DNA of 29,731 nt from positions 1 through 29,731 of the forward strand of contig DAOWAM010000001.1 in assembly GCA_030634585.1 (NCBI GenBank), in the 5' to 3' direction. How positions within the stretch are numbered: the stretch's first letter is position 1; every line of letters starts with the position of its first letter. The translations under genes were made by a program, and so were the position numbers. The DNA is from a bacterium. Lineage in GTDB: Bacteria > Patescibacteriota > Patescibacteriia > UBA2591 > DAOWAM01. This document shows, in pieces, positions 8,503 through 18,150 of the stretch. The notes beneath the pieces were generated by a model that was given only the letters and a program-made list of their open reading frames with translations, had not been told where the DNA came from and did not search any database.

Positions 8503-10611
8503 TTATCCTTGTATTTTCCAAATTAATTTTCTGATTTGCCAATCACAATATCCTAAATATTGAGCTAATCGTTGATGAACTATTTGTTTAATAGTTAGTT
8601 TTTCTCTTCCATTGAATCCAGTAATCTTAAATTTTATTCCCATTCCTGTTGACACTGATGAATAAGGAAATGAAACTTGCCGTTTATTTTTAGAGAAAAA
8701 AATCGGCGCCCAGCCCATATTCTCCGTCATTACTGCTAAACGAAGATACCGACCATGTTGTTTGTCTTGTTGTTGTAAAAAACGATAAAACTTACTTAAT
8801 AAACTATCCGGTAATAAAGTCATTGTTACTTTATTGTCTTGATATTGATAAAAATTTTGACCTGGACGATGGTATTTACCTTCCTGAGAGAATTTTAAAA
8901 TTGATTGATTGTTCCAAGATTCATCTCCTAATTGATAAATTATTTCTTTACTGGGAACCTCACCTAAATAAATATTGTTTAAATTGTCCCAACCAAAACC
9001 AAGGGGATGAGCCACTTCGGCAAATGACTTACCCGACTGCCATTGGATAAACGCTTGTTTAATAAACTCAAATAATTTCTTGGGTTGTTCAATAATAAAA
9101 TCTTGCCGAGAATAATCAATAAAATTTTGTTTAGCAAAATCAGAAAACTCTTCTGGTGTATGTTCCCAAAAAGTTTTTAAACTAGGTAAATGACGTGAAA
9201 TTTGTAAATCATCAATAACATGCAACACGTCATAAATATCTGTTCCTGCTTTTAATTTATTAATTGCATCTCGCCATTTAATTGCTTTTTCAAATTCTTG
9301 TTGCGCCAAAGCCTTATTCATTTCATCAGTAAATTCCAAAATTATTGAATTAAAGGTAGCACCATAAACTCGTTGGCGATACGGTTTATTTTCTTGTGCT
9401 TGCTGATAAGCTTGTCGATAAGCTTGTCTAATTTTACCTTGTCGCTGCCACTTAAAAGCCAAACTTAAAATTTGTTGATAATAATTTTCTGCTTTTTTAC
9501 ATTCCTGGTCACTAACATTGGGAATAGAAGCGACTACCTCTTTTAATAAATAGGCTCCTTGCTCAATCATTTCTAAACTCCACCACGGTTTACCGGACGC
9601 CCACCAATACTGATCTGATTGTAAGGCCTTATCTAATAATTGCCGTGTTTTTGGATGTTTTTCTTTTTGATGAATTGATTCTACTAAACTAATTACCCAA
9701 TTAGTAAATTTCCATTGCAATTGATGGATTGGATTATTTGGATCTTGCCACAACAAAAATGGATGCTCTTGTTTAGTTTTCGTTTTTTCTTTATCTAACC
9801 AAAAATCTTGTTCTTCAGCCGACCAACTACAAGCACGTGGTTCAATGGTTTGTTGACTTTTCAATTTTTCCACTGCTTCTGAAGCAGTAACTAAATGTGT
9901 ATTTAATTTCTTATCTTGATAAATATCAACTAATAATTTTTCTAATCCTGGACGATGATGACCAAATGTTTCTGCGTCCATTACTGTTAATAAATACCTT
10001 TGTTTATTTATTTCATTTCCTAATTCAGCGGTTAATGATTTTGCTGAACGAACCGTCGCCGATAAAATTAACACGCTGATTCGTTTATCTCTTAATAAAA
10101 AATAAAAATTTGATAAATTGGTAATCTGATAAATTTTACTAAAATCTATTCGCTTATCAGGCCAAGCCAATTGCTCACCAATCATCCAATCAAAGCCCAT
10201 TTGTTTAACAATGTTAGCTAATTTTTTATTGTAGGCTAATTCTGGTGAAAAAAATCCAAGTGGTTGATAAGCCGAACCAAAATATTTCTGATTCGTACTA
10301 ATATTTAGTTCAATTTGACGCTTAATTTCTGTTTCCGGCAACAATGGCAAAAAAGCGTGATATTGAGCCGAACCAGTAAACTCAATTTGTTTTCTTTGCG
10401 CTAACTTCTTCAAATCATCAATCACATCTTGATAACCATGTTTGGCTAATAATTCAGTTAAACAACCATTAATATTAATGGTTAGTTTTGCTACCGGATT
10501 TTCTTTCATTCCACGAATAATTGGTCGATAACTTTCATTGACTACTCTTTCTAAAATATCGGCTTGTTGATTATAAGGTTGATAAAAATGTAAAAAATTA
10601 ATCCAATACAT
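8503..10611 (-). CDS. GH57 alpha-glucan-active enzyme fused to a UVR-like motif and an unknown C-terminal region
   Basis: GH57 conserved regions HFYQP, EFTGSAQYHAFLPL, GFFSPE (nucleophile), DAETFGHH (acid/base), SDQYWW; DEMNKALAQQEFEKAIKWRDAI resembles the UvrB/C motif. Confidence 0.82.
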   Translation of the reverse strand: MYWINFLHFYQPYNQQADILERVVNESYRPIIRGMKENPVAKLTININGCLTELLAKHGYQDVIDDLKKLAQRKQIEFTGSAQYHAFLPLLPETEIKRQIELNISTNQKYFGSAYQPLGFFSPELAYNKKLANIVKQMGFDWMIGEQLAWPDKRIDFSKIYQITNLSNFYFLLRDKRISVLILSATVRSAKSLTAELGNEINKQRYLLTVMDAETFGHHRPGLEKLLVDIYQDKKLNTHLVTASEAVEKLKSQQTIEPRACSWSAEEQDFWLDKEKTKTKQEHPFLLWQDPNNPIHQLQWKFTNWVISLVESIHQKEKHPKTRQLLDKALQSDQYWWASGKPWWSLEMIEQGAYLLKEVVASIPNVSDQECKKAENYYQQILSLAFKWQRQGKIRQAYRQAYQQAQENKPYRQRVYGATFNSIILEFTDEMNKALAQQEFEKAIKWRDAINKLKAGTDIYDVLHVIDDLQISRHLPSLKTFWEHTPEEFSDFAKQNFIDYSRQDFIIEQPKKLFEFIKQAFIQWQSGKSFAEVAHPLGFGWDNLNNIYLGEVPSKEIIYQLGDESWNNQSILKFSQEGKYHRPGQNFYQYQDNKVTMTLLPDSLLSKFYRFLQQQDKQHGRYLRLAVMTENMGWAPIFFSKNKRQVSFPYSSVSTGMGIKFKITGFNGREKLTIKQIVHQRLAQYLGYCDWQIRKLIWKIQG

Positions 10612-10624
10612 AATAAATAAATAA

Positions 10625-11845
10625 TTAATTAATTATTTTACCACTAAAATAATGGTTTGTTTTTTCACCATGTAGATAAGCTTGTTTAATTTTTTGCGGA
10701 ACACCTACTTTCTCCCACTGTTCGATTTGTTGATACATCTTGTTTTTTATATTAATAAGCAATTTTGAGATTTTATTTGCTGGTTGATTTAAGCTTTGAT
10801 AAGCGATGATTAATTCCTTGGCACCTTGTCGAATAAATTTGGGCTCCCACCATGGACTAGCTGATGCCCACCAATACTGGCAAGAAAATAAAGCGCGATC
10901 TAATTTTCGTCTGGCAATTAAATAGTTAATATCTTTTTGTTGTTTAGTAATTTCTTTAATCACCAAATTAGTTAATTGCCACTGTAATTGATGGATTGGA
11001 TTATTTGGATCTTGCCAAAGCAAATAAGGAATGCCGTCTTGTAACTCAATTTCCCGACTAGCCCAACTACATTTTACCGGCTCCACAAAAACTGTTTTTT
11101 TATATTTCGCTAATAATTGAGAAATAGTTAATGTAGTTACTCTTTGACTACTAATTGCTTGTTGCCAAAGTGGTAACATTGCTGGTTGATGATGTCCTAG
11201 GTTTTCTCCATCACAAGCGGTAATTAAGAAATTTTTGATTCGATTATCTTTGGTTAATTGTTGCCAAAAATCTGTGATTGTTTTTATTGCTCCACTGTGC
11301 CAAAAATTACTAACTGTTTGCTGACGAAAAACCACCTTGATTTTTGTTGTTTTGATTTGATACGCTTGATTAAAATTAACTTGGCCAATTTTACCAGAAA
11401 AAGCAATTTCATCTAAAATTATCCATTGATAACCTATTTGTTCTAAAAGAGACACAATTTTTGGATGATAAGCCATCTCTGGCAAAAAGAATCCTCGCCG
11501 TAAAAACTTTTGTTTAAAATATTTAGATAACGTTTGCTCATTTAATCTAATTTGTCGAACAATTTCTGTCTTCGATAATAAAGGTAAAAAAGCATGATAT
11601 TGAGCCGAGCCAGTTAATTCTATTTGTTGTCGATTAACTAATAAAATTATTTTATTCAATAACGGTTTATCATATTTGGCCAACAAATCTACTAAAACGC
11701 CTTGAATATTTAAAGTAATATTAATCTGTGGATGTTTTATTAGCCAATCAATAATTGGTTGATAACTTTCCCGAATAATTCGTTGTAGCATCGCTGGCTT
11801 TTGCCAAATTGGCTGATAAATATGTAATAAATTAGTCCAGTACAT
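10625..11845 (-). CDS. GH57 alpha-glucan-active enzyme, copy 2
   Basis: HIYQP, ELTGSAQYHAFLPL, GFFLPE, DGENLGHH, SCQYWW. Confidence 0.87.
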   Translation of the reverse strand: MYWTNLLHIYQPIWQKPAMLQRIIRESYQPIIDWLIKHPQINITLNIQGVLVDLLAKYDKPLLNKIILLVNRQQIELTGSAQYHAFLPLLSKTEIVRQIRLNEQTLSKYFKQKFLRRGFFLPEMAYHPKIVSLLEQIGYQWIILDEIAFSGKIGQVNFNQAYQIKTTKIKVVFRQQTVSNFWHSGAIKTITDFWQQLTKDNRIKNFLITACDGENLGHHQPAMLPLWQQAISSQRVTTLTISQLLAKYKKTVFVEPVKCSWASREIELQDGIPYLLWQDPNNPIHQLQWQLTNLVIKEITKQQKDINYLIARRKLDRALFSCQYWWASASPWWEPKFIRQGAKELIIAYQSLNQPANKISKLLINIKNKMYQQIEQWEKVGVPQKIKQAYLHGEKTNHYFSGKIIN

Positions 11846-11887
11846 ATTTTATAATATGAAATAACAATAATAGAAATTCTTTCTTTT

Positions 11888-13354
11888 TTACCTGGTCATT
11901 TTTTTATGTTGTCGAATCGCTTTGCGATAAAGAACAACATATTTTTTAGCCGGTAATTGCCAAGAAAACGATTGGCGCATTGCTCGCCAAACCAAATGTT
12001 CCCAAATTCGTGAATATTTATAAGTTTCTAAAGCTCGATTAATAGATAATAATAAAGTAATAGGGTCATAAGTTTTAAAAACAAAACCGTTGCCCCGACC
12101 AGTTTGTGGATTAAAGTTGGTGATTGTATCAGATAGACCACCAGTTTGATGGACAATTGGTACCGATCCATAACGTAAACTAATCATCTGTGAGAGCCCA
12201 CACGGCTCAAAACGAGACGGCATTAAATATAAATCACTAGCAGCATAAACTCGACGCGACATTTTTTCGGAAAAAGGAGTGATAATCGCCACTTGTTGTG
12301 GATATTTTTTGGCTAATTTATGAAAAAAATCACGATATTTTTTATTACCGCTACCAACCACCACAATTTGTAAATTATCTCTTAATAAATAATCTGTGAT
12401 CTGTATAATTAATTCAAAACCTTTTTGTTCTGTCAATCGATTGATAATCCCGATCATCGGAATATCTCGTCCAATTTTTAAAGATAATTTTCTTTGTAAT
12501 GCTGTTTTATTTTTATTCTTTTTATCTAAAGAGTCATAATCATAGCAATAATACAAATTTTTATCAAAAAGAGGGTTAAAAATTTTATAATCAATTCCAT
12601 TAATAATACCATGGACATCCGTTTGTCGCCGACGTAAATATTTATCTAGCCCTTCACCATATTTTTTAGTTAGGATTTCTTGCGCATAACGTTCACTAAC
12701 TGTATTAATTATATCTGCGTATAGAATAGCTCGTTTAGTAAAATTAAGCCAACGATTTCTTTTTGGTTTAATACTAGGTAAACCTTGTCCGTTATCTTTA
12801 TGTTCGGGTGGCACTCTCCACCAATCGAATGGTCCTTGCCATAAAAGATTATGAATAGTAAAAAGTGTGGCCGTATTTTTAAATAATTTTTGATACCGCC
12901 GACTTATCTGTAAATAATTAGGTATCAATCCTGCCTGCCAATCATGACAATGAATTATTTGCGGTTTAAATTTTATTAACGTTAATAATTTTAGTGTAGC
13001 TAGATTAAACAATGAAAAACGCAGACCATCATCTGGATAACCATAAATTTTATGCCGAGAAGTAAATAATTTCTTTTGTTCAATAAAAAAAATTGGATAT
13101 TTATCAGAAGAAATAGTTTTATAAAATCTGACTGGATAACTATATCCATTCAAAATTATCTCTTCTTGATAATTTAATTTTTCTAATTTAAATTTTCCTT
13201 GTTTGATTGTTTGATAATAAGGTACTATTACAATTACTTGGTGCCCTAATCTTTTCAAGGCACGTGGCAAAGAACGTACTACGTCAGCCAATCCACCCGT
13301 TTTAATATAGGGAGAGATTTCTGAAGCAACATGAACAATCTTTAATTTATTCAT
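11888..13354 (-). CDS. glgA: Glycogen/starch synthase (GT5), copy 2
   Basis: ASEISPYIKTGGLADV, HCHDWQ, FTIHNL, GIINGID, RLTEQKG, PSRFEPCGLSQM. Confidence 0.95.
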   Translation of the reverse strand: MNKLKIVHVASEISPYIKTGGLADVVRSLPRALKRLGHQVIVIVPYYQTIKQGKFKLEKLNYQEEIILNGYSYPVRFYKTISSDKYPIFFIEQKKLFTSRHKIYGYPDDGLRFSLFNLATLKLLTLIKFKPQIIHCHDWQAGLIPNYLQISRRYQKLFKNTATLFTIHNLLWQGPFDWWRVPPEHKDNGQGLPSIKPKRNRWLNFTKRAILYADIINTVSERYAQEILTKKYGEGLDKYLRRRQTDVHGIINGIDYKIFNPLFDKNLYYCYDYDSLDKKNKNKTALQRKLSLKIGRDIPMIGIINRLTEQKGFELIIQITDYLLRDNLQIVVVGSGNKKYRDFFHKLAKKYPQQVAIITPFSEKMSRRVYAASDLYLMPSRFEPCGLSQMISLRYGSVPIVHQTGGLSDTITNFNPQTGRGNGFVFKTYDPITLLLSINRALETYKYSRIWEHLVWRAMRQSFSWQLPAKKYVVLYRKAIRQHKKMTR

Positions 13355-13484
13355 AAATTATATAAAAATAAATCTTACAAAATCAAATAAATCGATACAT
13401 ATAGACAATGTTCCCAAAACAAAATTAACATTCAATGATTATTTTTTTGTTTTGTTTTCTTATTTTATTCTTTTATTTTGCATT

Positions 13485-14564
13485 TCAAAGGTATCCTAAA
13501 AAGTGGCTAGCAATCACAAACATAGCATGTGACCATGCCAATGGATAAACTCCTATTCTAAAATCATCGAAAATCTGTTCTGGAATATAACCGTCTGTTG
13601 ATTCAAGTCGCATAATTACCCATCGATAATAAGCTAAAGCTTTTTTCTTATCTTTTTTTAATGACCAATAAATTGATAACCAAAAATTAAGAATTGGCCA
13701 ACCACCGCTCCCTTCTTGCGCTGAACCCTCTCCGTCATAATAATCAAATTGGTAACGATGAACACCACCATTAACTACTAGATTTTTTTCTATTTTATCT
13801 ACCATCTTAACTATTTTTGGGTCATCGATATCATAGATCGCAAATGGCCAAATCAATCCCAATAAAGAACTATCAACATTTTTATCTATTAATTTGCCCC
13901 GATTACGATAAAAATAACCATCTTCTTGATTATACGCTTGATTAATTTGTTCAATCATTTGTAAGGCAGTTTCTTTCCAAATATGATTAGAAGTGTCTGT
14001 GTCAGCTGATAAGAGTCCTCGCGCGCACGCGGCGAGAGAATAAGTAAAATTATTTTTTATGGTAGTAGACGTCTGTCGATGACCCTCTTCCCAAAGATCA
14101 ACCGTATGCTTTGAAAAATGATCTTTATCCCAAATATTGACTAACCCGTCTGCTAAACAATTAACTAAATTAACAAATTTTTTGTTTTGTCGTTTCTTCG
14201 TTTCAAAATGATGTTGGATTATCCACAACATTGTTCCCATTTGATCTGGTTCAAAATAAGCGATACTTCCTTTGCGTCCATTGGTCGCGTAATTGCCATA
14301 AAGTCGTTTTTCTCGTTGCAAGTCCTGACAATTTGTCTCTAACCAAGAAAAAAAGGGTTCAGCTATGGATAGTTTTAGTAAATCGGCCGCATAAATAATA
14401 AAAGCGGCATCACGTGGCCAAACCCAACGATAATTAGCCGCGTTTCTAGGAACATAACTTTTATCAGTATTGGCCGCCACAATTGCTCCATTTTCTAAAG
14501 CGCAATCTTTGATCACACGCCGACTTAAAACAATTAATTTTTTGACTCTCTCTTTAAATAACAT
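13485..14564 (-). CDS. GH15 glucoamylase/trehalase-like (catalytic domain only)
   Basis: Y.WVWPRDAA, DLWEE (catalytic acid), YIPEQ (base), PLAWSHAMF. Confidence 0.87.
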   Translation of the reverse strand: MLFKERVKKLIVLSRRVIKDCALENGAIVAANTDKSYVPRNAANYRWVWPRDAAFIIYAADLLKLSIAEPFFSWLETNCQDLQREKRLYGNYATNGRKGSIAYFEPDQMGTMLWIIQHHFETKKRQNKKFVNLVNCLADGLVNIWDKDHFSKHTVDLWEEGHRQTSTTIKNNFTYSLAACARGLLSADTDTSNHIWKETALQMIEQINQAYNQEDGYFYRNRGKLIDKNVDSSLLGLIWPFAIYDIDDPKIVKMVDKIEKNLVVNGGVHRYQFDYYDGEGSAQEGSGGWPILNFWLSIYWSLKKDKKKALAYYRWVIMRLESTDGYIPEQIFDDFRIGVYPLAWSHAMFVIASHFLGYL

Positions 14565-14565
14565 T

Positions 14566-15052
14566 TTATCCTTTTAATAAAAAATTGGTTTGTAAATAAG
14601 TTAAGACAATCGCAAAAGCGTCGGCCGCGTCATCGGGTGAAGGAATTTATTCTAATTTTAATAAATGTTGTATCATCTCTTGGATTTGTCGCTTAGACAC
14701 TTAACCATAACCAATTAATGCTTGCTTAATTTCTAAAGGTGTAAATTCTTTGATTGCTAAATGAAACTGTTCAGCAATTAATAAAACGACGCCTTCTGTT
14801 TGTCCCACTCACATCGCCGTTTTTACGTTCTTGGTAAAAAACCTTTTCCACAGTAACACTAACGAGTTTAGATTGTTTAATCCATTGGCTAATCTCTCGA
14901 TAAATCTGGGCAAATCGTTGACTAATTGGTTGTTCGAGTAAAGTAGTAATAATACCATAATCAAGAATCTCGATTGTTTTTTTATCAGCAGTTCTTTTTA
15001 ATAGCGCATAACCAGTTGTGGCTGTACCTGGATTAATGCCTAAAATTATCAC
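14566..15052 (-). pseudogene. ruvC: Holliday junction resolvase RuvC pseudogene
   Basis: MIILGINPGTATTGY (first catalytic D appears as N); frameshift in the A6/T6 run at 14836-14841; the shifted frame reads KNVKTAM*VGQ..GVVLL...EFTPLEIKQALIGYG*VSKRQIQ.MI..LLKLE*IPSPDDAADA with stops at 14809-11, 14701-03, 14647-49; adjacent to yebC. Confidence 0.92.
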
Positions 15053-15106
15053 TGCTTTCTTTCAAATTAAAAATTTAAAAACCGTCTTTTTTATTTGAAA
15101 ATATTT

Positions 15107-15841
15107 TTACTCTTCAAGATTAGTATAAATCTCATTGACATCCGTATGTTCATCTAATTGATCAAGTAGCCTATCTATTTTTTCTTTTACTTCTGCGCGT
15201 TCCATCGTTATTTTATTTTTACTTTCCCAAATTAATTCCGAAGAAGTTATCTTAATATTTTGTTGTTCGATTTTCTGTTTGAGTGTTGTTAGATTTTGAG
15301 GATTAGTGTAAATAAACAAATCTGTTTCTTTCGCCTTCATTTCTGTTGCCCCCCAATCAATAATTTGTAATTCAAAATCATCTAAATTAACAACCTGTTT
15401 TTGACAATGATCAATAATTAACAATCCATAACATTTAAACATCCAAGCAACACTTCCTGATTCAGCTAATTGTCCACCACTTTGTGATAAAATCCGCCTT
15501 AATTCACTAATAGTTCGATTACGGTTATCAGTAATTACTTGAATCAATAAGGCCACTTTGCCTGGACCATAAGCTTCATAAGTAATTTCTTCTATCTTTT
15601 TTCCTTCGTCTAATTTGCCACTGCCTCGCTTAATTGCTCGCATAATATTTTCCTTTGGCATATTGGCTTGTTTAGCTTGTTCAGTTGCTAAGCGAAGTTT
15701 AAAATTAGTATCCTGATCTTCTCCTCCCTCTCGTGTTGTAACAGTAATCACTCGCGCCAATTTAGTAAAAAGTTTGGCACGTTTAGCATCGGTTACTCCT
15801 TTACTTCTTTTTATTTGTGACCATTTTGAATGTCCAGACAT
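15107..15841 (-). CDS. yebC: YebC/PmpR-family protein
   Basis: MSGHSKWSQIKRSKG, YEAYGPG, TDNRNRT, GSVAWMF, DVNEIYTN. Confidence 0.96.
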   Translation of the reverse strand: MSGHSKWSQIKRSKGVTDAKRAKLFTKLARVITVTTREGGEDQDTNFKLRLATEQAKQANMPKENIMRAIKRGSGKLDEGKKIEEITYEAYGPGKVALLIQVITDNRNRTISELRRILSQSGGQLAESGSVAWMFKCYGLLIIDHCQKQVVNLDDFELQIIDWGATEMKAKETDLFIYTNPQNLTTLKQKIEQQNIKITSSELIWESKNKITMERAEVKEKIDRLLDQLDEHTDVNEIYTNLEE

Positions 15842-15869
15842 AAAAATTAAATTAACATTATTTTATTTA

Positions 15870-15898
15870 AGTATAACAAAATTAACCCCTCTTTACAA
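15870..15898 (-). promoter_or_regulatory. Putative sigma70 promoter for yebC-ruvC
   Basis: TTGTAA-17 nt-TATACT on the minus strand, about 28 nt upstream of the ATG. Confidence 0.5.
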
Positions 15899-16015
15899 TT
15901 AAAAATAAACCCGTGCCATTTTATTTGAATAATAAAGTTAAATCAGTTATAATAACTTTGAATTACAAAATGAAATTTTGTTATCCAAGTTAATTAAAGA
16001 CTATTTAATAAAATT

Positions 16016-17059
16016 ATGTTGAACTCCTCGTCATCAATTAAAAAATTGAATCAGCAAGCTATGGCTAATCATTTAGCAAATTTTCCCCAACAATGCCTGT
16101 TAGCCTACCAGCAAGCAAAACAACTAAAAATACCCTCCGCCTACCAAGAAATTCGGGAAATTGTTATTGTCGGAATGGGTGGCTCCGGAATTAGTGGTGA
16201 GCTAATTAAATATTTGCCGACTAAATGTCCAGTAGTCCCTGTTCATAATTATCAATTACCCTCTTTTGTTAAACGGCTCAGTTTAGTTATTCTAGTTAGT
16301 TATTCTGGTCAAACAAAAGAAGTTATTTCTTGTTTGAAAGAAGCTCGGCAAAAAAAGGCAAAGATATTAGTTATTAGCAGTGGCGGACAATTATTAAATC
16401 AAGCAAAAAAACTTGCCATTCCTTATTTTAAAATTGATTACTTGTCTCCGCCACGGGTTGCTTTAAGTTGGTTATTTTTTGGTTTATTGGTTATTTTTAA
16501 AAAATTGGCATTAATCACTTTATCAAATGATGAAATTAAAAAAATAATTAATCAATTAACTAAGTTTAATCAGGATCTTATTCCAAAACAATCCACAAAA
16601 AAAACCAACTTAGCCAAACGATTAGGTCAACGTTTAAGTAATCATTGTCTATTAATTATTAGCGCTGATTTTTTAACGCCCGTCTCTTATCGCTGGCAAA
16701 CTCAATTTGCTGAGAATGGTAAGCAAATCGCTTTTTCTTTAGCTTGCCCAGAATTATGTCACAACTTTATTGAAACGATTTCTACTTTACAAACTAATAA
16801 TTTTTTTGTTTTTTTATTGCAAAGTAAATTTTATCAAAAAAATAATCAAAAAATTATAAATTTATTAATCAACCGTTTTAAAAAATATAAAATTAATTAT
16901 TACTTAGTAAAATCTTCAGCGTCTACCCAAATTGGACAACTACTCTCTTGTATTCTACTGGGTGACTGGATTAGTTTTTATTTAGCAATATCAAAAAACA
17001 TTGATCCGATACCGGTTAAAGAAATAGAATACTTCAAGCAATTAATTAATAAAAAATAA
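16016..17059 (+). CDS. Bifunctional phosphoglucose/phosphomannose isomerase (SIS domain, archaeal-type PGI/PMI)
   Basis: GMGGSGISG, SYSG.TKE, PR.AL, ENGK, PEL.HN, terminal DP.PVKEIE.FK. Confidence 0.85.
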   Translation: MLNSSSSIKKLNQQAMANHLANFPQQCLLAYQQAKQLKIPSAYQEIREIVIVGMGGSGISGELIKYLPTKCPVVPVHNYQLPSFVKRLSLVILVSYSGQTKEVISCLKEARQKKAKILVISSGGQLLNQAKKLAIPYFKIDYLSPPRVALSWLFFGLLVIFKKLALITLSNDEIKKIINQLTKFNQDLIPKQSTKKTNLAKRLGQRLSNHCLLIISADFLTPVSYRWQTQFAENGKQIAFSLACPELCHNFIETISTLQTNNFFVFLLQSKFYQKNNQKIINLLINRFKKYKINYYLVKSSASTQIGQLLSCILLGDWISFYLAISKNIDPIPVKEIEYFKQLINKK

Positions 17060-17072
17060 TCTTTTAGAATAT

Positions 17073-17109
17073 AAAAAACCGACCTCATTCATGTTGAGGT
17101 CGGTTTTTT
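17073..17109. terminator. Bidirectional intrinsic terminator
   Basis: aaaaaaccgacctca / tgaggtcggtttttt stem between convergent PGI/PMI and pilin genes. Confidence 0.85.
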
Positions 17110-17151
17110 ATTTTTTAATCAATTGAATTTTTCGAATAAATTATCTGCTGA

Positions 17152-17556
17152 CTATGTCGGTGGTGTTGTTGTCGTTGGTGCGACTAATGACTGGCCAGTC
17201 AATAAATTAATTACCGCTGTAGCAATCACGTAAGAAAATACGATGATTACTAAACCAATTAGACCATTAATCATTAGTTTCCGCGCTGTTTCCACTTTTT
17301 CTTTATTTCCACCCGCAGTCATCCACTGAAATCCGCCAATAATAATAATAATCAAAGCGATCAATCCCAATAAACTTAGCACCGTTTGTAACACTTTTCC
17401 CACAATTTGGGGTATTGTTCGATTTGTTTGTAACCCAGCCGAATAGGCTGTTTCGTCTAATCCGTATTCATCCGCCAATACTAAAAACATTGGAGATAAT
17501 AACATTACCACTGTTAAGATTAACAAACTTATTCTTAAAATCCTTTTTAATTTCAT
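17152..17556 (-). CDS. VirB2/TrbC-like (T4SS-type) pilin, CPR family; ATG at 17556 preferred over TTG 17574
   Basis: Signal peptide plus two hydrophobic helices around GGFQWMTAGGNKEKVETARK.MINGLIGL. Confidence 0.75.
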   Translation of the reverse strand: MKLKRILRISLLILTVVMLLSPMFLVLADEYGLDETAYSAGLQTNRTIPQIVGKVLQTVLSLLGLIALIIIIIGGFQWMTAGGNKEKVETARKLMINGLIGLVIIVFSYVIATAVINLLTGQSLVAPTTTTPPT

Positions 17557-17590
17557 ATTGTTAACTTTTATCAAAGATTATTATGCTGTA

Positions 17591-17971
17591 TTATCCAGCT
17601 GCAGTAATAATCGATTCAATAATAAAGCCGGCAATAGCGTAAGCTAAAACGATAATCACTAAACCAATAACACCATTGATCATTAAATCTTTTGCCTTTT
17701 TTACTTTTTCTTCCGCGCCACCCGCTGTCATCCACATAAATCCACCAAAAACGATAATAATTAAAGCAATTAATCCTAAGAAGCTAAGAACAACTTTTAA
17801 AATATTGCCGATTACCTGGGGTAAACTTGTTGTCGTTAATCCTGTATCTGCTATAGTTTCTGTTAACATACCTTGGGCATCGCCTAATTGTGCATGGATA
17901 GTTAATAAAGGAATAATCAAAATTGTCAAAGCTAAACAAGCAGCCAAAAAATATTTAGTTTTTTTATTCAT
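17591..17971 (-). CDS. VirB2/TrbC-like pilin
   Basis: LGLIALIIIVFGGFMWMTAGGAEEKVKKAKDLMINGVIGL; paralogue of its neighbours. Confidence 0.78.
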   Translation of the reverse strand: MNKKTKYFLAACLALTILIIPLLTIHAQLGDAQGMLTETIADTGLTTTSLPQVIGNILKVVLSFLGLIALIIIVFGGFMWMTAGGAEEKVKKAKDLMINGVIGLVIIVLAYAIAGFIIESIITAAG

Positions 17972-18150
17972 AAATTTTGTTAATTAAAATATTAATAAAT
18001 TTTTTGTTTTTTATTCTTTTAATTCGACCTTTGTTTTATTATTTTGTTATATTTATTTTAAACTATTTATTTTATTAAAGCAATAAATTGGCACAAATTA
18101 GTTTAAAGATACTATCCCAGATTCTCGCCTAATATTAAAAAATATATTCC

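Noticed and set aside
13259-14418. Additional parS sites at CACGTG words (13261, 14410)
   Set aside because: Only the 6-bp core matches, inside coding sequence, with no GTT/AAC flanks
14647-14811. Stop-codon reassignment (code 25) explaining the ruvC stops
   Set aside because: Two of the three stops are TAA, there is also a frameshift, GH15 ends in TGA, and other genes are intact under code 11
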